64,000 nt of DNA from Obrimoposthia wandeli (GCA_977020255.1 CDROCS010005962.1:62001-126000); one strand, 5' to 3'. Positions 10,220-21,291 are shown, counted from the stretch's first letter. Notes: a model not told the origin generated them from the letters alone. Program-made: numbers and translations.

Positions 10220-10557
10220 TTTCTGGCGAGCAAAACTTTGCTCAGTATCGTTTCATATTTGATTGACAGTCTATAAAATTCACTTATTATGTTGTGCACA
10301 AGTTAATTTTGAGCGATATGATGTTAATGCAACACTTTTGGGTAAATGTATTGGCGCTGTAAGGCTTTATTCGCCGCTTAACGTTAATCATTTTGCTGAG
10401 TTGATAAAAATTGTTGACTAAAAATAGTTGAGCAACAAGTTAACGGCTAAATTGATGACGACATAAAGCTTTAGGCGTTTCGATCATTGTTAGCAAATTT
10501 ATAAATTTTTCAAATAGAGTGTATTTACAGATCGCTCTTAAATTAAAAGGTTTTACT

Positions 10558-11037
10558 ATGTCATTATTAAATAAAAAAATGCCGTTACTCTCCGGTGAAA
10601 TACAAGATTTAGCCGAGTACGAAGGCAAAGTGGTTTTAATCGTTAATACCGCCAGTAAATGTGGCTTTACTAAACAATATGAAGGTTTAGAAGCACTATA
10701 TGCTAAATATAAATCTCAAGGATTAGTCATTTTAGGTTTTCCGTGTAATCAATTTGGCGAACAAGAAAAGGGTGACGACAATGAGATTGCTAGCTTTTGC
10801 CAAAAAAATTATGGCGTAAGCTTTCCTATGTTTTCTAAAATTGATGTTAACGGCGATAATACCGCGCCTTTATACCAAGAACTTAAAGCTAAAGCGCCTG
10901 GTATTATGGGGACACAAAAAGTTAAATGGAATTTCACTAAGTTTCTTGTTAACAAACAAGGAGAAGTGGTGACACGTTTTGCATCAGTAACTAAGCCAGA
11001 GAAGCTAGCCAAAGATATTGAAGGCGCATTAGCGTAA
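10558..11037 (+). CDS. Glutathione peroxidase (Cys type)
   Basis: VNTASKCGFT, GFPCNQFG, KWNFTKFL motifs; the catalytic codon is TGT (Cys). Confidence 0.95.
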   Translation: MSLLNKKMPLLSGEIQDLAEYEGKVVLIVNTASKCGFTKQYEGLEALYAKYKSQGLVILGFPCNQFGEQEKGDDNEIASFCQKNYGVSFPMFSKIDVNGDNTAPLYQELKAKAPGIMGTQKVKWNFTKFLVNKQGEVVTRFASVTKPEKLAKDIEGALA

Positions 11038-11043
11038 TCTGTT

Positions 11044-11511
11044 ATGAAAAAAATTGACAAAGAGTTGGAATTTTTTCCAGCTCTGCATTTAGACAATCAG
11101 TTTTGTTTTAGTTTATATAGCTTGTCTCGCCGAGTTACCCAAGGCTACACACCTTTGCTAAAACCGCTAGATCTCACCTATCCACAATATTTAGTTTTAT
11201 TGGTTTTATGGCAAGCCTATGAAGATAACCAAAAATCAATTTCGGTAAGTCAATTAAGTTATAAGCTTAAACTCGATACAGGTACTGTAACTCCTTTACT
11301 AAAACGTATGCAGAGCAAAACTTTACTAAGTCGTACGCGAAGTACTGAAGACGAACGCATTGTTATGATCGCATTAACAGAGAAAGGGCTTTTATTACGC
11401 CAACAGGCAAAAGCGATCCCACAGGCCTTACTTTGCCAATCTAACACTGAACAGCAAGACATTATTGCCCTTAGAGAACAATTACAAAAAATGTTGAAAT
11501 TTTTGGACTAG
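11044..11511 (+). CDS. MarR-family regulator, OhrR-like
   Basis: LDNQFCFSLY (conserved N-terminal Cys), LTYPQYLVLLVLW, LDTGTVTPLLKR, RSTEDER motifs. Confidence 0.88.
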   Translation: MKKIDKELEFFPALHLDNQFCFSLYSLSRRVTQGYTPLLKPLDLTYPQYLVLLVLWQAYEDNQKSISVSQLSYKLKLDTGTVTPLLKRMQSKTLLSRTRSTEDERIVMIALTEKGLLLRQQAKAIPQALLCQSNTEQQDIIALREQLQKMLKFLD

Positions 11512-12010
11512 TGTTCAATTTTTAAAATTGAATGTTTGTTGTTTTTTCCTTTTGCTCCATATGCCTTTAGCATAAATAAATTAACAGCCTATTTTTCGAT
11601 GATACTTAGAAGATTAAATATAAAGCTATATATTACAATCCGTTAGGCTGTCATAGTGTCATGTAAACTTCAACGTGACTAGTGCTGTAAATTATAGTTT
11701 ATATAGGTGTATAAACCACCGTATCGATATTTTTTACTGTATGTAAAATAAGGGAATGTAACGTTTTTGTCTCCGTAAGCATTGTTTTTGTTTACACTCG
11801 CTTATGATTACTTTATAAAAAGGTTTTAATGATCGTAACCAAAACTTTTTTGTGAAAAAGTATTGTTCTAAGGAGATAAATCAAACAATGGCCTAAAACT
11901 AGCTTTGTTCACTAAATGCTTATCTGTGAACTAAACTAGTTATACTACCCTTAGCTTTACTAAGAAATAAGATTAGCTCAATTGTGATTAATCTAATTGT
12001 TGGAGAAAAC

Positions 12011-13882
12011 ATGAAATTTGTACATAAAATAGCAGCAGCATCATCCGCTTTACTGCTTGTTACTGTTAGTTTGCTCAATACCACCCAATACTTAAATGTA
12101 AAGTCTGAATTAAATAAGACGATTGAAGAAAGCATCACTGATATCGTACAAGGTGTTGCTAATACTGTTTCCTCTGAGCTCGATGGCAAGAAGACTATGG
12201 TGGGCTATATCGCCTCAGTAGTTAGCGACAACCCAGATAAAGATTACATCACTCAAATTATTAGCCAAAAAGATGCAAAAGATGCTTTTTTACTCATTGG
12301 TGGTGGTTTTGATGCCACAGGAGTGAGCTTTAAAAATGATCCTAACTGGGATCCAGGTGCCAATTGGGATCCAAGACAGCGTCCATGGTACAAAGCAAGC
12401 AAAGCACAAAATGACCTTATTATTACCGAACCGTATACTGATGCTGGTAGCGGAAAAATTTTAGTCTCAATTGCGACACCTATTACAAAAGACAGACGAT
12501 TTTTTGGTTCAATATTCTTCGATGTTAGTTTATCTAGCCTCTCTGATTTAGTTAACAGTGTGAACTTGTTTGATGCAGGTTATCTTTTTATTGTCACAGA
12601 CAAAGGTGTAGTTATTGCGCATCCTGAGTCAAAGTATAATGGTAAGGATATGAGCACATTTTTACCGAACTCCCGTATTGCCCCAAATACCATGACCAAT
12701 GTTACGTTAAATAACATTGAATATAATCTTCGCTTTAAAAAAGTACCCTCACAAGATTGGTATGTTGCGGTTTTAATTGATGAAAAAATTGCTTATCAGT
12801 CAATCTATAGCATGCGTGATAATGCGATTATTTATAGCATAGTCGCATTGGTTATCAGTATATTAACGTTATTATTTTTAATGCGTAGATTGCTTTTGCC
12901 ATTAGATGAACTTAATGATGCAATACAAGACGTTGCTTCAGGTAACGGCGATTTAACAAAACGACTTAATACCGATACCGACCAAGAATTTGCTGAGTTG
13001 GCTACGGGTTTTAATACCTTTACTGCTAATTTACAAAACCAAGTCAAACAGTTGAAAATATATGGTGTTGAAATATTAAACGGTGCGGTAGTGATGAGCA
13101 GCGGCTCGGTGCAATCAGCTGAAGCGATGGACACACAGCTACAAGAAATTGAATTGTTAGCGACCGCAATGAATGAAATGGCCACAACAGCGGCAAATGT
13201 AGCCTCTAATGCTCAAAGTGCAGCGACAGCAGCACAAGAGGCAGAAGACGCTACTACTGTTGGCTCAGAAGTGGTTCATACCACAACAACATCAATTGAT
13301 GTTTTATCGACACGTATTGAAACAGCCGTTAAAGACGTTGTTGTGCTAGAAGAAGCAACCAGTAATATTGCAACGGTCCTGCAAGTGATTAACGATATTG
13401 CCGATCAAACCAACTTACTGGCACTAAATGCTGCTATTGAAGCCGCCCGAGCAGGCGAACAAGGTCGAGGTTTTGCGGTTGTTGCTGATGAAGTCAGAAC
13501 GTTGGCACTTCGCACGCAACAGTCTACTACCGAAATACGCACCTTAATTGATAAACTTCAATCAGGCGCCACTGCGGTTTCTCTAGCGATGAATGCCAGC
13601 CAAGAAGCGGCTCAAGGTACGGTAGAGCAAGCGAAGAAAACCGGTGATGCATTAGATCAAATTTACGATGCAATTAAACGTATCAATGATATGAATATTC
13701 AAATTGCCTCGGCCGCAGAAGAGCAAAGTCTTGTTGCAGAAGAAATTAATTCTAATACGGTGAAAATAAAAGATTTATCTGTGCAAGTTTCACAGGCGGC
13801 ACAACAAACCAATAGAGCCACTGAAGAGCAAACACGTAGTGTTAAAGATCAAAACGTAATTTTAGATAAATTTATCGTTTAG
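12011..13882 (+). CDS. Methyl-accepting chemotaxis protein (Cache-type sensor, HAMP, MA domain)
   Basis: Two TM segments, DPRQRPWY and EPYTD Cache motifs, [34 protein letters not shown] hairpin. Confidence 0.95.
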   Translation: MKFVHKIAAASSALLLVTVSLLNTTQYLNVKSELNKTIEESITDIVQGVANTVSSELDGKKTMVGYIASVVSDNPDKDYITQIISQKDAKDAFLLIGGGFDATGVSFKNDPNWDPGANWDPRQRPWYKASKAQNDLIITEPYTDAGSGKILVSIATPITKDRRFFGSIFFDVSLSSLSDLVNSVNLFDAGYLFIVTDKGVVIAHPESKYNGKDMSTFLPNSRIAPNTMTNVTLNNIEYNLRFKKVPSQDWYVAVLIDEKIAYQSIYSMRDNAIIYSIVALVISILTLLFLMRRLLLPLDELNDAIQDVASGNGDLTKRLNTDTDQEFAELATGFNTFTANLQNQVKQLKIYGVEILNGAVVMSSGSVQSAEAMDTQLQEIELLATAMNEMATTAANVASNAQSAATAAQEAEDATTVGSEVVHTTTTSIDVLSTRIETAVKDVVVLEEATSNIATVLQVINDIADQTNLLALNAAIEAARAGEQGRGFAVVADEVRTLALRTQQSTTEIRTLIDKLQSGATAVSLAMNASQEAAQGTVEQAKKTGDALDQIYDAIKRINDMNIQIASAAEEQSLVAEEINSNTVKIKDLSVQVSQAAQQTNRATEEQTRSVKDQNVILDKFIV

Positions 13883-13940
13883 TACATTTTATTAAGCCTG
13901 TTGTAATAATCATGTTTTATTAATCAGGTAACTCGAGATA

Positions 13941-13974
13941 AAAAGGGGGCATTACACAAGTAATGACCCCTTTT
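13941..13974. terminator. Intrinsic terminator after MCP
   Basis: AAAAGGGGGCATTAC-ACAA-GTAATGACCCCTTTT hairpin. Confidence 0.75.
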
Positions 13975-14169
13975 CTATATTCAGAGTGCTTATATTCTAA
14001 AATTGAGTGGTTATAAACTCTTACCTGACGAGAGTCACTTGTCAGAAGCTGCCTACGAGTACTACTTATTAAAGCTACTTATTGAAGTAGCTGAGTGAGA
14101 GCTAAGGAGTGAGAGATACTATTAAGAATTTCGTACCGAGAGTTCAGTCTAATAATGACCAACCGCTAA

Positions 14170-14910
14170 TTACGATTTTGGTTGATCATGCGCCGCGATA
14201 ATTTTTTTCATTTCAGTGCCCGACAATAATAAAAAAATCACGGCAGAAAGTATCGATGAAGCAAAAATCATACACATCACAATCACTTGATAACGGGCAG
14301 CAATTAAAGGCGAAACGCCTGAGAGTATTTGTCCTGTCATCATGCCGGGTAATGACACCAAACCAACAGCAAATAAAGAATTAATCACCGGAATAGTCGC
14401 GGCATTAAGTGCCATTTTACGCGCTATTGGATAAGGCGTTTTATTGTTGATTTCAGCAAATATACGCTCTGCAGATAAACTAATGCTATTCATCGAGGTC
14501 GCGAATATCATGCCCGCCAATGGAATAATAACTTGTGGTTGGTACCAAGGTGTTACAGACATGGCCCCTTGGCTGATCACCAACAAAGTAAAGCCACCAC
14601 CAACTAGGGTCGCGATAAAACCATATTTGAACAGCACTAAACGATATTGGGGCAGAGTACGTAACGCTATCCAACATGACATGGCGATCATGGCCAATAA
14701 AATACAGCTAATTAACCAAACGTTGTCAGAATAAAAAATATAACTGAGCACGTAACCTATAAGTAATAGCTGAATTAACATACGCGATAGCGCATATCCT
14801 GCTTGTTTTACATTTATCGACCATAAATATAAAAATCCAAGTGCGATAATTACCGGAATAAAAGCAATAGACAGATCAGTTAAACTGATAACGGGCAAGG
14901 TATTGTTCAT
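14170..14910 (-). CDS. ABC transporter permease, UPF0014/FetB(YbbM)-like
   Basis: RMLIQLLLIGYVL, IPLAGMI, VGLVSLPGMMTGQILSGVSPLIAARYQ motifs. Confidence 0.85.
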   Translation of the reverse strand: MNNTLPVISLTDLSIAFIPVIIALGFLYLWSINVKQAGYALSRMLIQLLLIGYVLSYIFYSDNVWLISCILLAMIAMSCWIALRTLPQYRLVLFKYGFIATLVGGGFTLLVISQGAMSVTPWYQPQVIIPLAGMIFATSMNSISLSAERIFAEINNKTPYPIARKMALNAATIPVINSLFAVGLVSLPGMMTGQILSGVSPLIAARYQVIVMCMIFASSILSAVIFLLLSGTEMKKIIAAHDQPKS

Positions 14911-15302
14911 AAGTTTTGTTAATAATCATGCAATAATGTTATTTAGATGTAGCCATTATTTATTATTTTTGTCGATGGGTATACCTCATTAAACGCTGAG
15001 CATCGCTATTAGTTTAATATTCTTGCGCTATTGTTACGTCGTTTTGCTTTATATTAGTGCTTTTAGTCACTTTTATTGCCTTTTCGAGCCTGCATAGTGT
15101 AAAACGGTCTGATAAAATCAGCTCAGTAGTTAATTAGATATAGGTTTGAATCGATACAGCGTTAGGCGGCATTATAATTTTTTCTAGTGTTATAAAACGA
15201 TGAAAACCTAAACGCTATTAAAAATAACGGCTGTCGGTAACAATTGATGAATAGTAATAACAAGAAATTTCACCTTAGCACCACCGACAACAAGGATAAT
15301 TA

Positions 15303-16085
15303 GTGAGTAAAACAGTTAGCAAGTCACTTAACCGCTTAAGTAGACAAGCACTTAATCAAACAGTTAGCAAAGCACTGAATACAACAAGTAAAACAACAAA
15401 TAACACAACAATGTTTTTTGTGTTTATCATGGCTTTATTCACATCGTTTTCAAGCATTGCGCATGGAGTAGACGATGCTACAAAACAGTTTTTAGAATCA
15501 ATTGAAGGCGTGGCGATATTACCGTTCATTTATATCGGCGCAAAACACATGCTAACCGGTTACGACCACTTATTGTTTTTACTTGGTGTGGTATTCTTTT
15601 TATTTCGAGGCAAAGATGTACTCTTATACGTTAGCTTATTTACACTTGGTCATAGTTTAACCTTACTTTACGGCGTGTTTAGCAATATTAATGTGAACCC
15701 TTACATTATTGATGCCATTATCGGTTTGTCAGTAGTTTACAAAGGTTTTGATAATTTAGGCGGCTTTCAACGACTCTTTAATTGTCAACCTAACACTAAG
15801 GTTGCGGTCAGCATTTTTGGCTTATTTCATGGTTTAGGTTTAGCCACCAAAATACAAGAATTTCAATTACCGAGTAACGGTTTAATAACCAATATTATTT
15901 CGTTTAATGTCGGTGTTGAAATCGGTCAATTTTTAGCACTAGCCATGGTATTAATTGTGCTAAATTTTTGGCGTAAACATCGCAGCTATTTAGCTTTTGC
16001 GACATTAACCAATACCGCAATAATGAGTGCGGGCTTTATGTTAATTGGTTGGCAATTAACGGGATATTTTATTGCTTCCTCATAA
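15303..16085 (+). CDS. HupE/UreJ-family membrane protein
   Basis: GAKHMLTGYDHLLFL, FTLGHSLTL, FGLFHGLG, FNVGVEIGQ motifs. The true start may lie downstream. Confidence 0.85.
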   Translation: MSKTVSKSLNRLSRQALNQTVSKALNTTSKTTNNTTMFFVFIMALFTSFSSIAHGVDDATKQFLESIEGVAILPFIYIGAKHMLTGYDHLLFLLGVVFFLFRGKDVLLYVSLFTLGHSLTLLYGVFSNINVNPYIIDAIIGLSVVYKGFDNLGGFQRLFNCQPNTKVAVSIFGLFHGLGLATKIQEFQLPSNGLITNIISFNVGVEIGQFLALAMVLIVLNFWRKHRSYLAFATLTNTAIMSAGFMLIGWQLTGYFIASS

Positions 16086-16087
16086 CT

Positions 16088-16300
16088 TATACCAAATGTA
16101 ATCAGTTATTGACCAATTTTAAGCGAGGATAAATTGTTCAAGAGTACATGTTTATTGTTTCAGACTAAACATAAGTACCTGCATCCATGCAGGCAAGGCG
16201 TTTGATTGAGTAATAGCGTGCGTGTGTGATTGAAAACAAAGCAGTTATTGACGATTTAAACGGCCTTAAAATGATCGGTTATTTATTTCAATTGCTATTA
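16088..16300. repeat. MITE-like interspersed element (~210 bp)
   Basis: Imperfect long terminal inverted repeats (ATACCAAATGTAAT...ATTTTAAG / CTTAAAAT...ATTGCTAT) and internal palindromes (CCTGCAT-CC-ATGCAGG). It begins just after a stop codon and is non-coding. Confidence 0.6.
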
Positions 16301-16480
16301 TATCAAGTGAATAAGCGCAACTGATTTAATGAAGTACAAACAATTGACGGTCGATATACTCACCGTTGATAAAGTACATTGAAAAATACGCTAACGAAGT
16401 GTTTTTTAAGTGCTAACAATAATAACAGTAATAACACTCAAGTATTTTATAGCAAATATACAGATAATTTAGGATTTAAT

Positions 16481-17017
16481 ATGAATGAATTTACCGTACC
16501 TGTTCACTCAACTCGTACATTGGTTAAAGCAGGGAGTATTGCGCTATTAGTCGCGATATTACTGCTTGTAACCTGCATTTTACCCGCAGAATATAATATT
16601 GACCCGACCGGTATCGGTGAAAAACTAGGGCTAACAGCCATTGCTCAAACATCAGAAAAATCACCTACTTTGGTGATTAACCGTGGTCAACAAAGTGATG
16701 TTTTTCGCAGTGATAGCATTGAAATCGTCATTCCTGCGGGAAAAGGGCTAGAATATAAACTGTACGTAGAAAAATACGGCCATGTTAGTTATGAATGGCA
16801 AACCGATGGTGGCGCACTGTATTTTGATTTTCATGGTGAACCCGCAGGCGATACTACTGGATATTTCGAAAGTTTTGCAATAACCACCTCAAGTAATATG
16901 AAAGGCTCACTAACAGCACCTTTTAAAGGCTCTCATGGTTGGTATTGGAAAAATCAAAGTCAAAAAGACATTACCGTTACGCTCACTATGCAGGGTTATT
17001 ACACTATAAAAGGTTAA
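16481..17017 (+). CDS. Transmembrane-anchored hypothetical protein often paired with HupE/UreJ genes
   Basis: ATG 16481 after AGGA; one TM helix, LPAEYNIDPTGIG and YFDFHGEP motifs. Confidence 0.75.
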   Translation: MNEFTVPVHSTRTLVKAGSIALLVAILLLVTCILPAEYNIDPTGIGEKLGLTAIAQTSEKSPTLVINRGQQSDVFRSDSIEIVIPAGKGLEYKLYVEKYGHVSYEWQTDGGALYFDFHGEPAGDTTGYFESFAITTSSNMKGSLTAPFKGSHGWYWKNQSQKDITVTLTMQGYYTIKG

Positions 17018-17204
17018 GTGTTTAGTCGGCTTATCATGTGTTTACTATGTATTTACTGCGCGTTAGCAGTGCGCTAAATTTTCGTTCAACGTCATGAATA
17101 AATTTACTGCAAAATGATATTGTCAATTTTGAAAAAAGGTCTACTATCTCCGCTTTATTTAACCTAGTTCTTATGAGTTAGGAGCTTTTACAAAGGAAAC
17201 CATT

Positions 17205-19073
17205 TTGTTGTCACGTGTTTATAATTTTATGCCTGGGTTGAACACTTTATTCAACTACGAGCGTAAATGGTTAGCTGATGATGCTAAAGCCGCATTATCA
17301 GTTGCAGCAGTTGCTTTACCCGTTGCTATCGCTTATGCACAGCTGACCGGCGTCAATGCCGTTGTTGGCTTATATTCTTGTGTGCTACCTATGATAATTT
17401 ACGCGCTATTTGGTACCTCTAAGCAATTAATTGTTGGGCCAGATGCAGCAACGTGTGCGGTTATTGCGGCGGTTGTTACACCGTTAGCGGCGGGGGATAT
17501 TGTCAAACATTGGCAATTGGTGATCACCATGACCGCCATGACCGGTTTTTGGTGTATTATTGCTAGTCGCTTTAAACTCGGGGTACTGGCCGACTTTCTA
17601 TCTAAACCTATTTTAATGGGACTAATAAATGGTGTCGCTATTACCATTATTGTTGGCCAGTTCTCAAAAGTGTTTGGCTTCACCTTTGACGAAAGACACC
17701 TACTTGAGCGATTAGGTGGTGTACCTGAATACCTATCACAAGCACATATTCCAACATTACTTATGGCCGTGTTTACTGTCAGCATTTATTTTGTTATTAA
17801 GCGTATCAGGCCTACTTGGCCAGCCTCAATGTTTGCCATTGCATTTGGTGCAACCTTTGTTTGGTTTTTTAATTTAGAGCAATTTAACATCAAAACCATT
17901 GGTATTGTTGATGGTGGCTTACCTCTATTTAAAGCACCTGAATTTAACGTCGGTATTATCCGTGAACTGGTTATGCCAGCACTTAACCTGGCAGTAGTCA
18001 GCTTTGTTAGCATGATGCTAACAGCACGCAGCTTTGCCGCCAAAAATGGTTATGATATTGACCCAGACAAAGAGTTTATGGCGCTGGGCATGGCAAACTT
18101 TGCCTCTGCTTTATCACAAGGTTTCGCAGTTAGTGGCGCAGACTCACGTACTGCGGTAAATGACGCCAATGGCGGTCAAACTCAACTTGTTTCGATTATT
18201 GCTGCGATTATCATTGCGATTATAGCGGTGTTTTTAACCACACCACTTGAATTTATTCCAACTGCAGCACTAGGTGTGGTGTTGATCATTGCTTCAATTC
18301 ATCTGATAGATTTAAAAGCGGTTTGGAAATTAAGACTAAAAGACCGACAAGCTTTTTATCTTACGTTAACCACATTATTTGCAGTGCTATTTATTGGTGT
18401 TATTCCCGGCATTACCTTGTCAGTATTGTTGGGGTTATTTCAATTTATTCGAACTGTTATGCGACCAACCGATCATATATTAGGTGTCGATATCAATGGC
18501 GTAGTGAGAAGTTTAGACACTAGCGATAAAGCAAAAGCGGTAGATGGTATTTTCATTTACCGCTTTAATTCACCGTTAACTTATTTTAATTCAAGTTTCT
18601 TTAAACGCAGATTATTAGAGCAATACGCGCGACAAAAGGATGATATTGAATGTGTCATTATCGATGCTGTGCCGTGCTTTACGCATTTAGATTTAAGCGT
18701 AATGGCCATGCTAGATGATTTGAACACCATTTTTACCAAACGTGGGGTTCGCTTAGAATTAGCGGGCAGAAAGCGCCAAATGCTAGCATGGTTTGAAAAA
18801 GCCGATATAAAATCAGGTGTCGACGGTATATACGTTCACTCGGATTTATATTTAGCTTTGCGTATCAATCAAAGTAAGCAATTAGCGGCACAACAAAGCG
18901 CAGAGAACATTGTAGAGAATACGGCAAAGAGCACAGCAGACAATACAGTAGAAGATACAGATAACGTGATTTCTCAAGATGAAAGTAAAAATGCTGAAGA
19001 AACTAGCAGTGAAAGCACTAACGAAAAAATAGTGACAAACTCAGGGTTAAATAAAGTATTAAAGCCGAGTTAG
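17205..19073 (+). CDS. SulP-family anion permease with STAS domain
   Basis: PVAIAYAQL, VGPDAATCAV, DFLSKPILMG, SGADSRTAVN motifs, STAS region, and an acidic low-complexity tail. Confidence 0.93.
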   Translation: MLSRVYNFMPGLNTLFNYERKWLADDAKAALSVAAVALPVAIAYAQLTGVNAVVGLYSCVLPMIIYALFGTSKQLIVGPDAATCAVIAAVVTPLAAGDIVKHWQLVITMTAMTGFWCIIASRFKLGVLADFLSKPILMGLINGVAITIIVGQFSKVFGFTFDERHLLERLGGVPEYLSQAHIPTLLMAVFTVSIYFVIKRIRPTWPASMFAIAFGATFVWFFNLEQFNIKTIGIVDGGLPLFKAPEFNVGIIRELVMPALNLAVVSFVSMMLTARSFAAKNGYDIDPDKEFMALGMANFASALSQGFAVSGADSRTAVNDANGGQTQLVSIIAAIIIAIIAVFLTTPLEFIPTAALGVVLIIASIHLIDLKAVWKLRLKDRQAFYLTLTTLFAVLFIGVIPGITLSVLLGLFQFIRTVMRPTDHILGVDINGVVRSLDTSDKAKAVDGIFIYRFNSPLTYFNSSFFKRRLLEQYARQKDDIECVIIDAVPCFTHLDLSVMAMLDDLNTIFTKRGVRLELAGRKRQMLAWFEKADIKSGVDGIYVHSDLYLALRINQSKQLAAQQSAENIVENTAKSTADNTVEDTDNVISQDESKNAEETSSESTNEKIVTNSGLNKVLKPS

Positions 19074-19399
19074 CCGCTCTATTGTTAAGCTTGGATGTTA
19101 TTGCTAGAACAGCGCAGTATTTAGCTATGAGTCATAGACATAGTTGACTGGACTTAACGGCAAACACCGCGGAAACGGAAACTGAAAGCACAGTATAAAG
19201 TTCGAGGATAAATTCAATCATAAACTCCTCGAACTTTACTGATAATTTCAACAGCGAGCCTTCAATAATGACTTTATGATCTACTTTTTGTCACAAAGAT
19301 TAGTCACGAATATTAGTCATAAGTGTTAGAAACAAGTCTTAAACACTAACCGTGCATTGTAGCGATGAATAGCAATACCACTGATACTCTGCTAAATAA

Positions 19400-20866
19400 T
19401 CACTTTGGCGCTGCTAATGACGGCTTTTCTGCAGATTCTTGCTCGAAAGCATCATGGCAATCGTTTGCTTCTTGGCTATCAACACATTCATTGAGAGTAG
19501 GGTGCTGCAAAGGCACTTCATCAGCATACACACCTTTACTTCGCCATTTTCCTGTATTCCAACGCTTTAAAGCAATAATGCCGCGTATAAATTCATCTAA
19601 ACTCGTTGCCAACCAAATACCCACCAAGCCATAAGCAAAATGAAGACCTAACAACCACGCTAAAGGCAGGGCGACAAACCACATCAGTACAAAACCAACC
19701 ACTGACACATATCGAGCGTCACCTGAAGCGCGCAGCGACGAGCCAACAATCAAATTAAAACTGCGACCAAACTCACCAATAATGGCTACCCAGAGAATTA
19801 ATTTACCCAAAGCCCAAATTTCAACATTATCAGTGAAAATAGCAAATAACTGCTCAGACAAGGTTAATAAAGTAAAAACGAAGAACATGGCGCCAGCAAC
19901 ACCAAGTTTTAAACCTAATATAAGTTGCTTATGCGCGTCATCAAAACGTTTAGCACCAATAAAGTGCGAAACCTTAATTTGCACACCTGAGCTAATAGCA
20001 AAACCATAGAGAATAGCCGTAAAAAGTAAATTAAAAGTATAAATACGCGTTGCTAAGGCTAGCTCTCCCATGGTTACAATCATCACAGTCATAAATATTT
20101 GTGTGAATTGCCATGACATAGGCTCTAACACAGACGGTAGGGCTATTTTTAAAACAGGCGCGCTATCTTTTTTAAATATGGCCCAATGACGGGGTATGGT
20201 AACTTTTATACGCAGATGCTTAATAATAATGAAAAGCGTAAAACAAAGGCTGGTTATCCAAGCGATAACTGACGCATAAGCAACACCTTGCACGCCCAGG
20301 GCAGGAAACCCAAACTTACCGTCAATAAGCAGATAATTAAAGACGATATTAACAATAGTCATCACAAATGTTGACCACATATTCCAATGTGTTTTACCTT
20401 GCGAGGTTAACACCGAGGCAGCAGCAAAACGCATCGCTAATACCCAAGTACCCATACCAATAGTGCTTAAATAAATACTCGACATAGCAGCCATATCATC
20501 AGTTAATCCCATCCATTGGGTAAAGGTTGATGAGAACGACATCATGATAATGGTTAATAAAATGCCGCTAAGGGCGAATATAACAAAAATAGCGCCGTAA
20601 GTTGTCGCCAACTTTGTATGATCACCTGCACCAATTCGCTGTGATGCAACACTACTTCCGCCTTGATGCAAGGTACTATATAAAGCAAAGGCAATACCTA
20701 GAATTGGCATAATGGCACCAATTGAAGCGGCAGCCGTATCCGAAATACGACTTAAAAACCAAGCATCGGTAACATTAATCATAAAAATGAAAAATAAATC
20801 GATAAAAATAGGCCAAGTTAAGCTTAAAAGGCTTCGCTCAGCAACAGATGGGTTAGATTTAGGCAC
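19400..20866 (-). CDS. MATE-family efflux transporter
   Basis: Probable GTG start at 20866 after GGAG; LTWPIFID, NIVFNYLLIDG, IALPSVLE, LRASGDA motifs. Confidence 0.9.
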   Translation of the reverse strand: MPKSNPSVAERSLLSLTWPIFIDLFFIFMINVTDAWFLSRISDTAAASIGAIMPILGIAFALYSTLHQGGSSVASQRIGAGDHTKLATTYGAIFVIFALSGILLTIIMMSFSSTFTQWMGLTDDMAAMSSIYLSTIGMGTWVLAMRFAAASVLTSQGKTHWNMWSTFVMTIVNIVFNYLLIDGKFGFPALGVQGVAYASVIAWITSLCFTLFIIIKHLRIKVTIPRHWAIFKKDSAPVLKIALPSVLEPMSWQFTQIFMTVMIVTMGELALATRIYTFNLLFTAILYGFAISSGVQIKVSHFIGAKRFDDAHKQLILGLKLGVAGAMFFVFTLLTLSEQLFAIFTDNVEIWALGKLILWVAIIGEFGRSFNLIVGSSLRASGDARYVSVVGFVLMWFVALPLAWLLGLHFAYGLVGIWLATSLDEFIRGIIALKRWNTGKWRSKGVYADEVPLQHPTLNECVDSQEANDCHDAFEQESAEKPSLAAPK

Positions 20867-21074
20867 AAACGACTCCGATAAAAATGCAATAACATAGTAT
20901 AACAGTCGAATAGTTAAACATAGATGAATACGTGTGTTACAAATCGTACTGATAAATATCAACAACGTATGAGCAAAATATAAACAAAATAGACGAGAGT
21001 TGTTGATTTTTGATGGTTTATTCAGCACTTAGTAAAAAGAATGCAAAAAAATGACAAATAAGCGAAATTAGCAC

Positions 21075-21110
21075 TTTACAAAGCAGCGCAAGGTATTTAT
21101 TATTCGCCTC
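21075..21110 (+). promoter_or_regulatory. Sigma70 promoter of tRNA-Ser
   Basis: TTTACA (21075-21080), 17-bp spacer, TATTAT (21098-21103), then a GC-rich discriminator TCGCCTC. Confidence 0.7.
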
Positions 21111-21140
21111 GTTCTGAAGCAGCAATGCTTTATAACTTCA

Positions 21141-21231
21141 GGTGAGATGGCTGAGTGGTCGAAAGCACCGGTCTTGAAAACCGGCAAGGGTTTGTAGCCC
21201 TTCTAGAGTTCAAATCTCTATCTCACCGCCA
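21141..21231 (+). tRNA. tRNA-Ser (anticodon TGA)
   Basis: GGTGAGA/TCTCACC acceptor stem, CCGGT-CTTGAAA-ACCGG anticodon arm, long variable arm, GTTCAAAT T-loop, GCCA end. Confidence 0.97.
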
Positions 21232-21240
21232 CATTAAGAG

Positions 21241-21273
21241 AAACCCGCTAATCGAAAGATTAGCGGGTTTTTT
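21241..21273 (+). terminator. tRNA-Ser terminator
   Basis: AAACCCGCTAATC-GAAA-GATTAGCGGGTTT followed by a T tract. Confidence 0.9.
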
Positions 21274-21291
21274 GCTTTTCTGGGTTTAAAA

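Noticed and set aside
10558-11037. Selenocysteine glutathione peroxidase
   Set aside because: The active-site codon is TGT and there is no in-frame TGA.
11649-11665. Pho box upstream of the MCP (CTGTCATAGTGTCAT)
   Set aside because: The repeat period is 8 bp rather than the required 11 bp.
11511-12011. Riboswitch (c-di-GMP or other) in the long MCP leader
   Set aside because: No conserved riboswitch core could be recognised by eye; an Rfam scan would be needed.
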